From Capsulimonadaceae bacterium (GTDB lineage: Bacteria > Armatimonadota > Armatimonadia > Armatimonadales > Capsulimonadaceae), in NCBI GenBank assembly GCA_965215505.1, contig OZ244065.1, forward strand, positions 1,408,001-1,472,000: DNA of 64,000 nt, read 5' to 3'. A program made the position numbers and the translations under genes. Shown piece by piece: positions 40,123 to 48,967 of this stretch (the stretch's first letter is position 1; every line of letters starts with the position of its first letter). The notes under the pieces were generated by a model. That model was not told the DNA's origin. It ran no database searches and saw only the letters and a list, made by a program, of their open reading frames with translations.

Positions 40123-40572
40123 TTGACCGAGATCGCGCGGATGCGCTTCATGAGCAGCCAGAAACCGTCCGAGCGCGGGATGCTCCTCCTGAACGACGAC
40201 GGCACGCTCCAAATAAAGCCCACCGAGGAGCTGCGTGACGAGATGGCGCGGCTGGAAGAGGTCGCCCTGGACCGGGCGCGGACGTTCGGGACGCGGCTCG
40301 GCGTCAGCCTCCTTGTCCTCGGGACACTCGCCGTGGGGGTCGGCTGGGCCGTCGGGCGCGTCTTCGGCAAGATGGGCTACAACCTGAGCCTGCCGCGCCC
40401 CGTGGATGCCGTCTCGCTGACGCACGAGGAGGGCGGCGGCGTCCGCCTGACACTGCGCGGGGCGAACCGCTTGCAGGTCATCCAGATGGCCTGGAACCCT
40501 GACGAGGTGCTGCAAGGCGAGACGGAGAACTTCGTGGCGAAGTTCGACGCGCTGCGCCGGAAGCCGGAGTAG
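40123..40572 (+). CDS. Hypothetical membrane protein
   Basis: Immediately after der; one TM segment; start uncertain (TTG 40123, ATG 40141 or 40150). Confidence 0.7.
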   Translation: MTEIARMRFMSSQKPSERGMLLLNDDGTLQIKPTEELRDEMARLEEVALDRARTFGTRLGVSLLVLGTLAVGVGWAVGRVFGKMGYNLSLPRPVDAVSLTHEEGGGVRLTLRGANRLQVIQMAWNPDEVLQGETENFVAKFDALRRKPE

Positions 40573-40575
40573 CCC

Positions 40576-41880
40576 ATGCGGCGACTGTTTCATCGGGCTG
40601 CCTTTTCCGCCCTCTTGTTTGCCCTTCTGCTCCCCGCCCATGCCGACGGCCCCGGCTCCTTTTTCCTGCGCGACGGCGACACCGTGGTCTTCTACGGTGA
40701 CTCGATCACCGAGCAGCAGAACTACGGGCGCGACATCGAGACGTATGTACTCACGCGCTACCCAGACCTTCACATCAAGTTCATCAACTCCGGCTGGACG
40801 AGCGACCTGGTTTCCGGGGGCAAGGGCGGTTCGGTGGAGACGCGGGTCAAGCGCGACGTCCTGCCCTACCACCCCACCGTTGTCACGATCCTGCTGGGCA
40901 TGAACGACGGCGAATACACCCACTTCAAGCAGTCCAACTACGACGCCTACACGGACGGGCTGACGCTGCTGGTGGACCGGCTGACGCGGGAACTCCCCGG
41001 CGTCCGGCTGACGCTGCTGACGCCGACCTTCTACGACGAGGGGGCGCCCGGCTCGCGCCACATCCACGGCTACAACGACGTCCTGCTGAAGTTCCGGGAC
41101 TTCGTCAAGACCCTGGGCGGCAAGCGGGACATCCTCGCCGTGGACCTGAACGCGCCGCTGGCTGAGGCCACCCGGCGGGGTCGTGCGCTCGACCCGCGGT
41201 TCACCCTGATCGCGGACGGCGTCCACCCGAACGAAGCGGGGCAGGCAATCATGGCGGCGGCCATCCTGAAAGCCTGGCACGCGAAGGCCGCCCCGACCGA
41301 GGTCCTGCTGGACCCGGCCGCCCCGACTCCCGTGACCGATTCCCTCCCGTGGCCCCTGCCCGAGAAAGCCGCCCCGGCCTTCGCCGTCTCGCCGCTGCCC
41401 GGCATGTTCGACGCCTTCCGCGCGCGGGCCTCGGGCCTGACTTCCGACCAGTATGACCTGCTGGTGGACGGCCGGCCCGTTAAGACCGTGACCCGCCGGG
41501 AGCTTGCGGCGGGGCTGGACCTGACGCGGCTGCCGGGCCTCCCCCAGAGCAAGCAGGCGGCCCAGGTCCGGGACCTCGTCCAGTCCCGGCTGGACGCCTG
41601 GCGCTACCTGTGGAACACCGGCCCGAACGCCATCGCGCACAAGGGCGACGCGCCTTCCAGCACCGAGGTCGCCGCGCTGACCGCCATTGACCACTGGCTG
41701 GACGACCGGCGCGACCGCGCGCACGATGCCGCCCAGCCGCAGCCGCACACCTTCTCACTACGCCCGGCCGCGCCATCCCGCGTGGCGACGACGGCCCCTC
41801 CCGCCGCGAATTCGCCCGCTGCCAGGCGTCAGGCACTCACCATCAGCAAACACCAGGCCCCCAGGAGACTCCAACGATGA
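40576..41880 (+). CDS. SGNH/GDSL hydrolase, secreted
   Basis: FYGDSITE, GMND, DGVHP; signal peptide. Confidence 0.9.
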   Translation: MRRLFHRAAFSALLFALLLPAHADGPGSFFLRDGDTVVFYGDSITEQQNYGRDIETYVLTRYPDLHIKFINSGWTSDLVSGGKGGSVETRVKRDVLPYHPTVVTILLGMNDGEYTHFKQSNYDAYTDGLTLLVDRLTRELPGVRLTLLTPTFYDEGAPGSRHIHGYNDVLLKFRDFVKTLGGKRDILAVDLNAPLAEATRRGRALDPRFTLIADGVHPNEAGQAIMAAAILKAWHAKAAPTEVLLDPAAPTPVTDSLPWPLPEKAAPAFAVSPLPGMFDAFRARASGLTSDQYDLLVDGRPVKTVTRRELAAGLDLTRLPGLPQSKQAAQVRDLVQSRLDAWRYLWNTGPNAIAHKGDAPSSTEVAALTAIDHWLDDRRDRAHDAAQPQPHTFSLRPAAPSRVATTAPPAANSPAARRQALTISKHQAPRRLQR

Positions 41881-42920
41881 CACCCTTACGCTTCGGCATT
41901 GTCGGCTGCGGCATCATCTCGGGAACGCACGGCGACGCGCTCGCCAAACTCAAACAGGAAGGCCTGGCCGAGTTCGTGGCGACCACGGACGTAGACCCCG
42001 AGCGCGCCCAGGCGTTCGCCGCCCGCTACGGCGGCGAGTCAGTGAAATCCTTTGAGACGTTGCTGGCGCGGCCCGATATTGACGCCGTGACCCTCTGCAC
42101 GCCCTCGGGCCTGCACGGGCGCATGGCAGTCCAGGCCGCCCACGCGGGCAAGCACGTCCTGTCCGAGAAACCCCTGGATGTCTGGATCGGGGCCGTGGAC
42201 GAAGCCATCGCCGCCGCGAAGGAGGCCGGAGTCGTCTACGGCGGCGTCTTCCAGGAGCGCTTCTCGCCCGCCGCCCGCAAGGTGAAGCGGGCGATTGACG
42301 CGGGCGCGTTCGGGGAGATCGTGCTGGCCTGCGCCGAGACCAAATGGTATCGCGGCCAGGGCTACTACGACAGCGGGGACTGGCGGGGGACGTGGGATTT
42401 GGACGCCGGGGTCTTCTCGAATCAGGGCATCCACAGCCTGGACAAAGTCCAGTGGCTGGCCGGCCCCGTCGCCGAGGTACTTTCCGCCACCCTCACGCCC
42501 GGCTTCCACCGCGACATCGAGGGCGAGACGTTGGGCGTCGTCACCGTCCGCTTCGAGAGCGGGGCGCTGGGCACCCTGACCATGACGACCCTGGCCTATG
42601 ACGGCTTCCCGGAGCGCGTGGACGTGTCCGGGACGAAGGGCTGCGCCATGCTGGTCGGCGACCATCTGGCCCACTTCAAGACGTCGGAGCCTTACGAGGA
42701 CAGTGAGGCCGGCCCCGAGGTTTCCAACGGTCCCACCGGCAACACCGCCAGCGACCCCGCCGCCATCGGCGGCGACGGCCATCTGGGCAACGTCCGCGAC
42801 TTCGTCCTCGCCATCCGCGACGGCCGCGCGCCGATGGTTTCCGCCCAGAGCGCCCGCCCCGCCGTCAAGCTCCTGAACATGATCTATGAGAAGGCCGGAG
42901 TCGGGCCGTATGCGACCTAA
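41877..42920 (+). CDS. Gfo/Idh/MocA oxidoreductase
   Basis: GIVGCGII, KHVLSEKP, NQGIHSLD. Confidence 0.93.
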   Translation: MTPLRFGIVGCGIISGTHGDALAKLKQEGLAEFVATTDVDPERAQAFAARYGGESVKSFETLLARPDIDAVTLCTPSGLHGRMAVQAAHAGKHVLSEKPLDVWIGAVDEAIAAAKEAGVVYGGVFQERFSPAARKVKRAIDAGAFGEIVLACAETKWYRGQGYYDSGDWRGTWDLDAGVFSNQGIHSLDKVQWLAGPVAEVLSATLTPGFHRDIEGETLGVVTVRFESGALGTLTMTTLAYDGFPERVDVSGTKGCAMLVGDHLAHFKTSEPYEDSEAGPEVSNGPTGNTASDPAAIGGDGHLGNVRDFVLAIRDGRAPMVSAQSARPAVKLLNMIYEKAGVGPYAT

Positions 42921-42980
42921 CCCCGGCGCGAGCGCCGACCCTTCCCTGTTAAGGAAGGGGAAGGTCAGACAATCTTGAGG

Positions 42981-43508
42981 CTAGTAATGCATGTCGTGGT
43001 ATTTGCCCCCGCTGATTTCCACCCGCAGTTGTGAGAGGGTGAGCGGCTGGCGTGTCCCCGTGAGGATTCCCGACCAGACTCGCGTAGCCTGTCCGCCGGA
43101 AAGCTGGAAAAGTTCAGCCCGCTGTCCCGAGGCGTAGCCACCGAATTCGCAGTACACAAGGCAGTAGCCCTGAGAGATGCCCGCGAAGATCAGCCGCCGG
43201 AAGGGCCGGAGTTTGGGGCCGAGAACATCCGTGGTTTGGTAGGCTTGGCCAGGATCAACCATGCCGTTCAGGACGTCTTTACCGTCGGGGATGAGTTGCT
43301 TCCGCACAGGCTCGGGGATTTCCCGCACGGTCTTGACGATTGCGAAATCGTCATGGAGTAGGTGCTGTTTGTCCTGCTCGGACAGGGTATGCCGGGCTGG
43401 AATGGCGGCGGGTGTTGCTACCGGCTTCGGCTGTGGTTTGGCGTGAGCCACCTGAGCGGTCATTGTTGCTGAAGCGATTAGGACGAGAACTGTTTGCTGC
43501 CTCATCAT
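42981..43508 (-). CDS. Secreted hypothetical protein (paralog of 43872-44432)
   Basis: GGAGG RBS, signal peptide; shares IVKTVRE, GMxxPGQ, PFxRLIFA and YCLVYxExGG with its neighbour. Confidence 0.82.
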   Translation of the reverse strand: MMRQQTVLVLIASATMTAQVAHAKPQPKPVATPAAIPARHTLSEQDKQHLLHDDFAIVKTVREIPEPVRKQLIPDGKDVLNGMVDPGQAYQTTDVLGPKLRPFRRLIFAGISQGYCLVYCEFGGYASGQRAELFQLSGGQATRVWSGILTGTRQPLTLSQLRVEISGGKYHDMHY

Positions 43509-43762
43509 CGGCTCCCTCCTTCGTGGTGATACTGCCCAATTAGTCCCTGCCCGAGCGCCCCGGCTTCATTTCATCTCATCGCGGTGTATAGGCAGCATTT
43601 TGTGCCACAATGAAATCAAATCGCCCTGTTTCCAAATAGTTACCTCCTCGTAAAAACGGGGCACCCGCTTGTTCCCCGTGGGACAAGATCAGAATGGCGT
43701 GTGCGTGGGACATGAATTTCTCTAGGCAGCAGGGACACTCTATAACGCGGTTGTAGCGGAAA

Positions 43763-43834
43763 GAGGGCAGGGACAAGCCCCGCCCCTACGCCGATGGCTT
43801 CCCGAACGTAGGGGCGGGGCTTGTCCCCGCCCTC
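43763..43834. repeat. REP doublet (REPIN-like), family B
   Basis: GAGGGCAGGGACAAGCCCCGCCCCTACG-16 nt-CGTAGGGGCGGGGCTTGTCCCCGCCCTC; second copy at 54871-54948. Confidence 0.85.
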
Positions 43835-43871
43835 CTCATTTCCTCTTCCTCCGCTGCTCAGAGAGCCGTAC

Positions 43872-44432
43872 ATGCTCAGATTACACCTTCTGCTCATTCT
43901 CCTCCCTTTGTCTTTGCTGAACACTCTCGGCGCAGAAGCGGGGAGCCACAAAACGCCACCACGAACGACGTTTTATGGCAATGCACCTCTGAATGCCGAT
44001 GACGCAAGGCACATCCAGAACGACACTTTCACCATCGTTAAGACTGTTAGGGAAATGCCAACCCCTATCCAGGCTCTCCTCACACCCAATAGGAAACACC
44101 CCTTTAGTGGTATGGCCAATCCCGGCCAGGACTTTGAGCGAACGGATGCCATAAGAGGAAGGCGTTTGCCTTTCCAGAGGCTGATCTTTGCGGCGATGAA
44201 TGCCCACTATTGCCTGGTCTATTTCGAGCAGGGCGGCTTCGGCTACAGCGAGCGCGTCATCCTGTCCCGCCTTGAGAACGGGCGGGCGACGATGCGGTGG
44301 AGTGCGAACCTGTCAGACGGCAGGCGGTTCAGAACATTCCCCGAGCTGCGCGCGGCGATTAGAAACGGCAGACGTCATATATTCGCCGCTTCCTCATACC
44401 GCGCCAGCTTCTCCCGCCGGAACTCCGCGTAA
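43872..44432 (+). CDS. Secreted hypothetical protein (paralog of 42981-43508)
   Basis: Signal peptide MLRLHLLLILL; shared motifs; 3' end overlaps the tgt 3' end by 58 nt. Confidence 0.8.
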   Translation: MLRLHLLLILLPLSLLNTLGAEAGSHKTPPRTTFYGNAPLNADDARHIQNDTFTIVKTVREMPTPIQALLTPNRKHPFSGMANPGQDFERTDAIRGRRLPFQRLIFAAMNAHYCLVYFEQGGFGYSERVILSRLENGRATMRWSANLSDGRRFRTFPELRAAIRNGRRHIFAASSYRASFSRRNSA

Positions 44433-45505
44433 CGGTCGGCGGCGATGGCCTCCCGTATCCCCTCCATGAGAAATGCGTAGTGGGCGAGGTTGTGGTACGT
44501 CGCCAGGCGCGACGCCAGTATCTCGTCGCACTTGTACAGGTGCCGGAGATACGCCGCCGAGTAGCGGCGGCAGACGTTGCAGGAGCAGTCCGGGTCTACG
44601 GGGCCGAAGTCGTCGGTGTAGCGGCTCCCCTTGATGTTGATGCGCCCGCGCGTCGTGTAGAGCGTCCCGTTGCGGCCCAGGCGGGTCGGCAGGACGCAGT
44701 CGAACATGTCTATCCCCTGCGCGACGGCATCCAGGATGTCGCGCGGCATCCCGACCCCCATCAAGTAGCGCGGCTTGTGCGGCGGCAGAAATGGAACGCT
44801 CCAGCCGACGGCGGCCTGCATCATGTCCGGCGGCTCCCCCACCGAGACGCCGCCGACCGCGATGCCCGGCGTGTCCTGGGCCGCCACGAACTGCGCGCTC
44901 TCCGCCCGCAGGTGTTCATATGTCCCCCCCTGCGCGATGCCGAACAGTAGCGGACCCGTCTGCTGCGCGTCGTGGTAGGTCTTGCAGCGTTCCAGCCACC
45001 GGTGCGTCCGCTCGGTCGCTCCCCGCGTCGCCTCTTCGGCGCAGGGGTACGGCGGGCACTCGTCGAAGGCCATGATGATGTCCGCGCCCAGGGCGTGCTG
45101 CACCTCGATGGACCGCTCCGGGCTGAAAAAGTGTTCGCTCCCATCTAAATGGGATTTGAACTTGACGCCCTCCTCGGTGATCTTGCGAAGCTCTTCCAGG
45201 GAGAACACCTGGAAGCCGCCGCTGTCGGTCAGCATCGCGCCGTCCCAGGCGATGAACTCGTGCAGGCCGCCCGCCTTTCGCACCAGCTCATGGCCGGGCC
45301 GCAGGTACAGGTGATAGGTGTTGCCGAGGATGAGCCGGTAGCCAAGCTCCCACACCTCCTCCTGCGTCATGGCCTTGACCGTGCCGCGCGTGCCGACGGG
45401 CATGAAGACGGGGGTTTGGATGGGTCCGGGGGCGTGGGGCAGGGTCAGAAGCCCGCACCGTGCGCCGGTCTGCGACGAGCGGTGGGTGATGGAGAAGACG
45501 GTCAT
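44375..45505 (-). CDS. tgt: Queuine tRNA-ribosyltransferase
   Basis: TPVFMPVGT, NTYHL, TDSGGFQVFSL, FDEC, PRYLMGVG, DMFDCVLPTR, CxCxxC zinc site. Confidence 0.97.
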   Translation of the reverse strand: MTVFSITHRSSQTGARCGLLTLPHAPGPIQTPVFMPVGTRGTVKAMTQEEVWELGYRLILGNTYHLYLRPGHELVRKAGGLHEFIAWDGAMLTDSGGFQVFSLEELRKITEEGVKFKSHLDGSEHFFSPERSIEVQHALGADIIMAFDECPPYPCAEEATRGATERTHRWLERCKTYHDAQQTGPLLFGIAQGGTYEHLRAESAQFVAAQDTPGIAVGGVSVGEPPDMMQAAVGWSVPFLPPHKPRYLMGVGMPRDILDAVAQGIDMFDCVLPTRLGRNGTLYTTRGRINIKGSRYTDDFGPVDPDCSCNVCRRYSAAYLRHLYKCDEILASRLATYHNLAHYAFLMEGIREAIAADRYAEFRREKLARYEEAANI

Positions 45506-45596
45506 GCCAGGGATTATACCCGAGGCCGTCTTGTCGGGGGGTGAGCGCACGGAGCATGGGGGGGGCGCAGCATCAGGCCGCGCCTCTACCGACAGA

Positions 45597-45815
45597 TTAA
45601 ATGTCTTCCGGCTGGATGATGACGACTTTGCCGTCTCGCCAGGTGGAAGTGGTCACGCCTGTTTTCTTATGGTCAAGAACCGCCTCATGTCCAGCCTGCT
45701 GAATCAGTTCTGTCAGAAGATCAGTATCGGAGAAGAGGCGCTTCAATTCTGCGCGGGCGGCCAGCTTTTTCGTGTCTGGTTGCACATCAGGCTCTTGCGT
45801 GGACACACTACCCAT
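45597..45815 (-). CDS. Small hypothetical partner of zeta-like ATPase
   Basis: Overlaps the upstream stop; C-terminal HKKTG..WRDGKVVII pattern. Confidence 0.65.
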   Translation of the reverse strand: MGSVSTQEPDVQPDTKKLAARAELKRLFSDTDLLTELIQQAGHEAVLDHKKTGVTTSTWRDGKVVIIQPEDI

Positions 45816-46389
45816 TGTCGGCGATTCCTTTCATCTGCTGCCAGGTTTCTAGCCTGTGAACGACTTCCGCCTGTCCCAGCCGCTGCTCTGCGACAAGCAA
45901 AGTTTTCCCACTCTCCGTGTTGTTGTAAGCGCGCCAGTCGTTGGCAAGTGGCTTATAGAGGTTGAAGAAGTTTTTCAGGCCAGCCACATAACGTCTGCGG
46001 ATCACGTCTTCGGGGATGTGGTGACCACCCCGCTGTACACGCTCGGCAACACGCTGGATGTTCAGTTCCGGGCTTGCGAGCCAGAAGAACAGCAGTTGAA
46101 ATTCATAGCCTGCTTCCTGTAGTCGCCTGACGCGGGGAGCGAGAGAACGGCTGGCGAGCGTCGTCTCGATGGCGAAATCCTCCCGCCGCCCCTCATGTTC
46201 GCCCATCGCGTTGATGAGTATACGGCTGGCCCGCGCGTCTTTGTTCTCACCTTCCACCTCCGGTAAGCCTTTGGCGATCTCGTCCGCGTTGATGTACGGG
46301 ACTTGATCTCCCAAGATGAGCGCGGCACTGGTGGACTTGCCGGAGCCGTTCCCGCCGCCGATAATGATGAACTGTGGGGGCAATGCCAT
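45808..46389 (-). CDS. Zeta-toxin-like / P-loop ATPase (COG4185-type)
   Basis: GGNGSGKST, INADEIA, FAIETTL, RVQRGGHHIPEDVIRRRY. Confidence 0.85.
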   Translation of the reverse strand: MALPPQFIIIGGGNGSGKSTSAALILGDQVPYINADEIAKGLPEVEGENKDARASRILINAMGEHEGRREDFAIETTLASRSLAPRVRRLQEAGYEFQLLFFWLASPELNIQRVAERVQRGGHHIPEDVIRRRYVAGLKNFFNLYKPLANDWRAYNNTESGKTLLVAEQRLGQAEVVHRLETWQQMKGIADNG

Positions 46390-46438
46390 TCCATGGTCTC
46401 CTCTGCGGCATTGTACCACGGGTGCAGCCCAAAAGAAT

Positions 46439-46466
46439 AGGGCGAACACAAGGTTCACCCCCACGG
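46439..46466. repeat. REP-like palindrome, family A (degenerate)
   Basis: AGGGCGAACACAAGGTTCACCCCCACGG, two substitutions relative to the copy ending at 31972. Confidence 0.65.
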
Positions 46467-46481
46467 TCGGAGACAAACGGC

Positions 46482-46985
46482 CTACAGCGTGACCTTCTCG
46501 TTCTCGCCGGGCTGGGCTGGCTTGCCGGTGACGGCGACTTTCGCCAGGCTGACCAGATGGGCGATGGGGCTGGAAGGCGCGTCCCAGTATTCGGCCTGGT
46601 CGGCGTTTATCTTCAGCAGCGCGATGTCCGGCTCGTCCACGCCCTTCGGGAACCAGGCTTTCAGGGCAGGCTCCCATAGCTCCTCGATCTTGGCCTTGTC
46701 CCGGACCAGTTCGGCGCGGCCCGACAGGGAAACGTAGGTCTGCGTCTTGGGGTCCGAGAAGGCGACGTTGACGTGCGGCTTGTCCTCGATCTGGTGGACC
46801 TTGACCGACTCGCCGTAGGTGAAGAACCAGACGTCGCCGTCGAACTCCACCTTCTTGTTCGAGGACATCGGGCGCGAGTTCAGCCGGCCCTCCGCGTCTA
46901 TCGTCGTCAGCATTCCGAAGTCTATCTCTTTGATCAGCGCGGCGATCTTCTTCACCTCGTCCTGATGCTGGGCATGATCCGCCAT
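46482..46985 (-). CDS. Pyridoxamine 5'-phosphate oxidase-like / general stress protein
   Basis: GMLTT...SRPMS, VWFFT, YVSLSGRA, LKAWFPKG, AEYWD. Confidence 0.88.
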   Translation of the reverse strand: MADHAQHQDEVKKIAALIKEIDFGMLTTIDAEGRLNSRPMSSNKKVEFDGDVWFFTYGESVKVHQIEDKPHVNVAFSDPKTQTYVSLSGRAELVRDKAKIEELWEPALKAWFPKGVDEPDIALLKINADQAEYWDAPSSPIAHLVSLAKVAVTGKPAQPGENEKVTL

Positions 46986-47081
46986 TTTGGGTAAATCCTC
47001 TCTGAAAACGTACTCCTTCGGAAGTACCCACAAACGCGGACGGGGACAACATGGCCCGCCGCGACAGAACGAGGCACCCCC

Positions 47082-48368
47082 ATTAACACCCACTGGTTAC
47101 GGACAGGGGCGGCCTTGGCCGTCTTCTGCCTGCTGCTCGCGTTGCGCGTCGCCAATGCCGACGCGCCGCCGACCACTTCCCCGCCGCCCGCCGTGGACCC
47201 GGCCTTTTACGACTACGACGCCGCCGCGCCGTTCCCCGTGACCGAGAAGCCGTTTGAAGTCCAGGACGGCATCCCCATCACCCGGCTGACTTATCCCAGC
47301 CCGTTCGTCTCGCCCTATGCCGTCAACAACACCGTCACGGCCTACTTCTTCCAGCCTCCGGGGCTGGGTCCCCACCCCGCCATGGTGGTGCTGCACGAGT
47401 GGAACGCCGGCTCGACGGTGGGCGCGTTCAAGCTGGCGCAGGCCGCTGTCAGCGCCGGGGTGGCCGCGCTCGTGGTCGTCGAGCCGTACAGCCTGAACCG
47501 CAAGCCGCGTGGGCCGCAGTACGATGGTCGGGATGACACGGAGATATTGTCGGGGAACGTGCCGCACATGGTCAGCGCATTGCGGCAGGCCGTTCTGGAC
47601 TCGCGCCGGGGGCTGGACTACCTGGCGCGACGGCCGGACATTGACCCGAACCGGCTGGGCATCGCGGGCATCAGCCTGGGCGGCATCCTCAGCGGCCTGA
47701 CGGCGGGCGTGGACCCGCGCATCAAGGTAGTCATCACGATCGTCGGCGGCGCGGACTTCGCCAAGGGCTTCTGGGACGGCATCGCGACGCGCCAGTACCG
47801 GCGCGAGATTCTCCGCAGCGGCTACACCTATGAGACTTATCAGGCTGCGATGGCCCCAGTGGACGCCGCGAGTTGGCTTCCCAAGCGGCACTTCAACCCC
47901 GAAGACGTGTTGATGATCAACGGGCGCTATGATCTGGTCGTCCTGCCGGACGGCGCGAAGGCGCTGGCCAAAGACTTCAGCGGGACGAAGATCGTCTGGC
48001 TCAACACGGGCCACTATGGGGCCGCCTCGGCGGCGGACGCGGCGGCGGAGTTGGGTCGGCAGTTCCTGCGCGCCCGCTTCTTCGGCGAGACGGCGGGCTT
48101 CCGCCGCCCCGACGGCCTGCCCGCCCGGACGATCAAGCTGGGCCTGCTGCTCGGCGGCCACGAAGGAGTCAGCCCGGTCATCGCCGCCCCGCTCATTAAC
48201 CTCGACGGGCCGGGCCGCTACACTGTTGACGGACAGGTCACACTGCACGGGCTGTCGCTTGCGGCCTCGGCGCGCATCGGCCTGATCTCCTCCGTCGGCG
48301 TCGAGTTCCCCCTGCTTCACGGGCAGGTCAGGCCGCGCCCGTTCGTGATGTTCAGCATCACGCTTTAG
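47082..48368 (+). CDS. Secreted alpha/beta hydrolase (start uncertain: ATT 47082 or TTG 47115)
   Basis: GISLGG nucleophile elbow, YDLVV Asp, TGHY His; beta-rich C-terminal tail. Confidence 0.82.
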   Translation: MNTHWLRTGAALAVFCLLLALRVANADAPPTTSPPPAVDPAFYDYDAAAPFPVTEKPFEVQDGIPITRLTYPSPFVSPYAVNNTVTAYFFQPPGLGPHPAMVVLHEWNAGSTVGAFKLAQAAVSAGVAALVVVEPYSLNRKPRGPQYDGRDDTEILSGNVPHMVSALRQAVLDSRRGLDYLARRPDIDPNRLGIAGISLGGILSGLTAGVDPRIKVVITIVGGADFAKGFWDGIATRQYRREILRSGYTYETYQAAMAPVDAASWLPKRHFNPEDVLMINGRYDLVVLPDGAKALAKDFSGTKIVWLNTGHYGAASAADAAAELGRQFLRARFFGETAGFRRPDGLPARTIKLGLLLGGHEGVSPVIAAPLINLDGPGRYTVDGQVTLHGLSLAASARIGLISSVGVEFPLLHGQVRPRPFVMFSITL

Positions 48369-48687
48369 CGCCAGGTGCCAGCCGTCGCCGAATCTCCTGG
48401 ACGGCGTGTGTTCCGCCGACGGCGATGACGAACACGGCCAGGGCGTAGACCCACCAGGGCAGGCCGCGTCCGAAGGCGAAGACGTAGGTGTAGGGAAGGA
48501 ACCAGAAGAAAACGCCCAGCGCGACCACGCCCGCCGCCGGCTGCTTCCGGCGGACGCGGGCGGCCAGCCACGCCATCGTCCCCCAGAACAGCGGGTGGTG
48601 GGCCAGGTACAGCACGGCGAACAGAACGGGATTAACCCCGTAGTGCCCGCCGATTTCAGTGATATGCCGCCAGAGTGTTTGTGTCAT
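48358..48687 (-). CDS. Small integral membrane protein
   Basis: MTQTLW...YGVNPVLFAVLY; three hydrophobic segments. Confidence 0.7.
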   Translation of the reverse strand: MTQTLWRHITEIGGHYGVNPVLFAVLYLAHHPLFWGTMAWLAARVRRKQPAAGVVALGVFFWFLPYTYVFAFGRGLPWWVYALAVFVIAVGGTHAVQEIRRRLAPGAKA

Positions 48688-48756
48688 GTCACTGATGTCA
48701 TGGGCCGGCTGCTGAGGGTGCGAGAACAGGCCAGGCGAGCAGGCCAAAGGGGATGA

Positions 48757-48905
48757 GGACGAGTGAATGAATTCACTCGCTCCAGTCGGATTTGTCCAGG
48801 GGACAACAGAACGGAACAATCCCGAACGTCCGCCTGTCCTCGGTGTTCTTCTCTTCCGTCCCCTGGACGGGTCCGGCGGAAGCGAGTGAATTCATTCACT
48901 CGTCC
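48757..48905. repeat. 149-bp inverted-repeat element (MITE/REPIN-like), family C
   Basis: 48-bp imperfect terminal inverted repeats: a perfect 25-bp GGACGAGTGAATGAATTCACTCGCT plus GTCCAGGGGAC; a third arm at 54956-55003. Confidence 0.85.
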
Positions 48906-48967
48906 GGCACCCCGCCCGCTCCGGTGCCCCGGCTCACTTGCCGCAGTCGCGGCTGGCATCAATTGTC

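Noticed and set aside
42915-42965. CCCTTCC..GGAAGGG hairpin as a fourth repeat family
   Set aside because: Single copy in the window; adequately explained as a hairpin between convergent genes.
43576-43776. MSHAHAILIL resembling the HUH motif of a RAYT transposase beside a REP doublet
   Set aside because: Only a short resemblance with no other Y1-transposase motifs; cannot be supported without a tBLASTn/HMM search.
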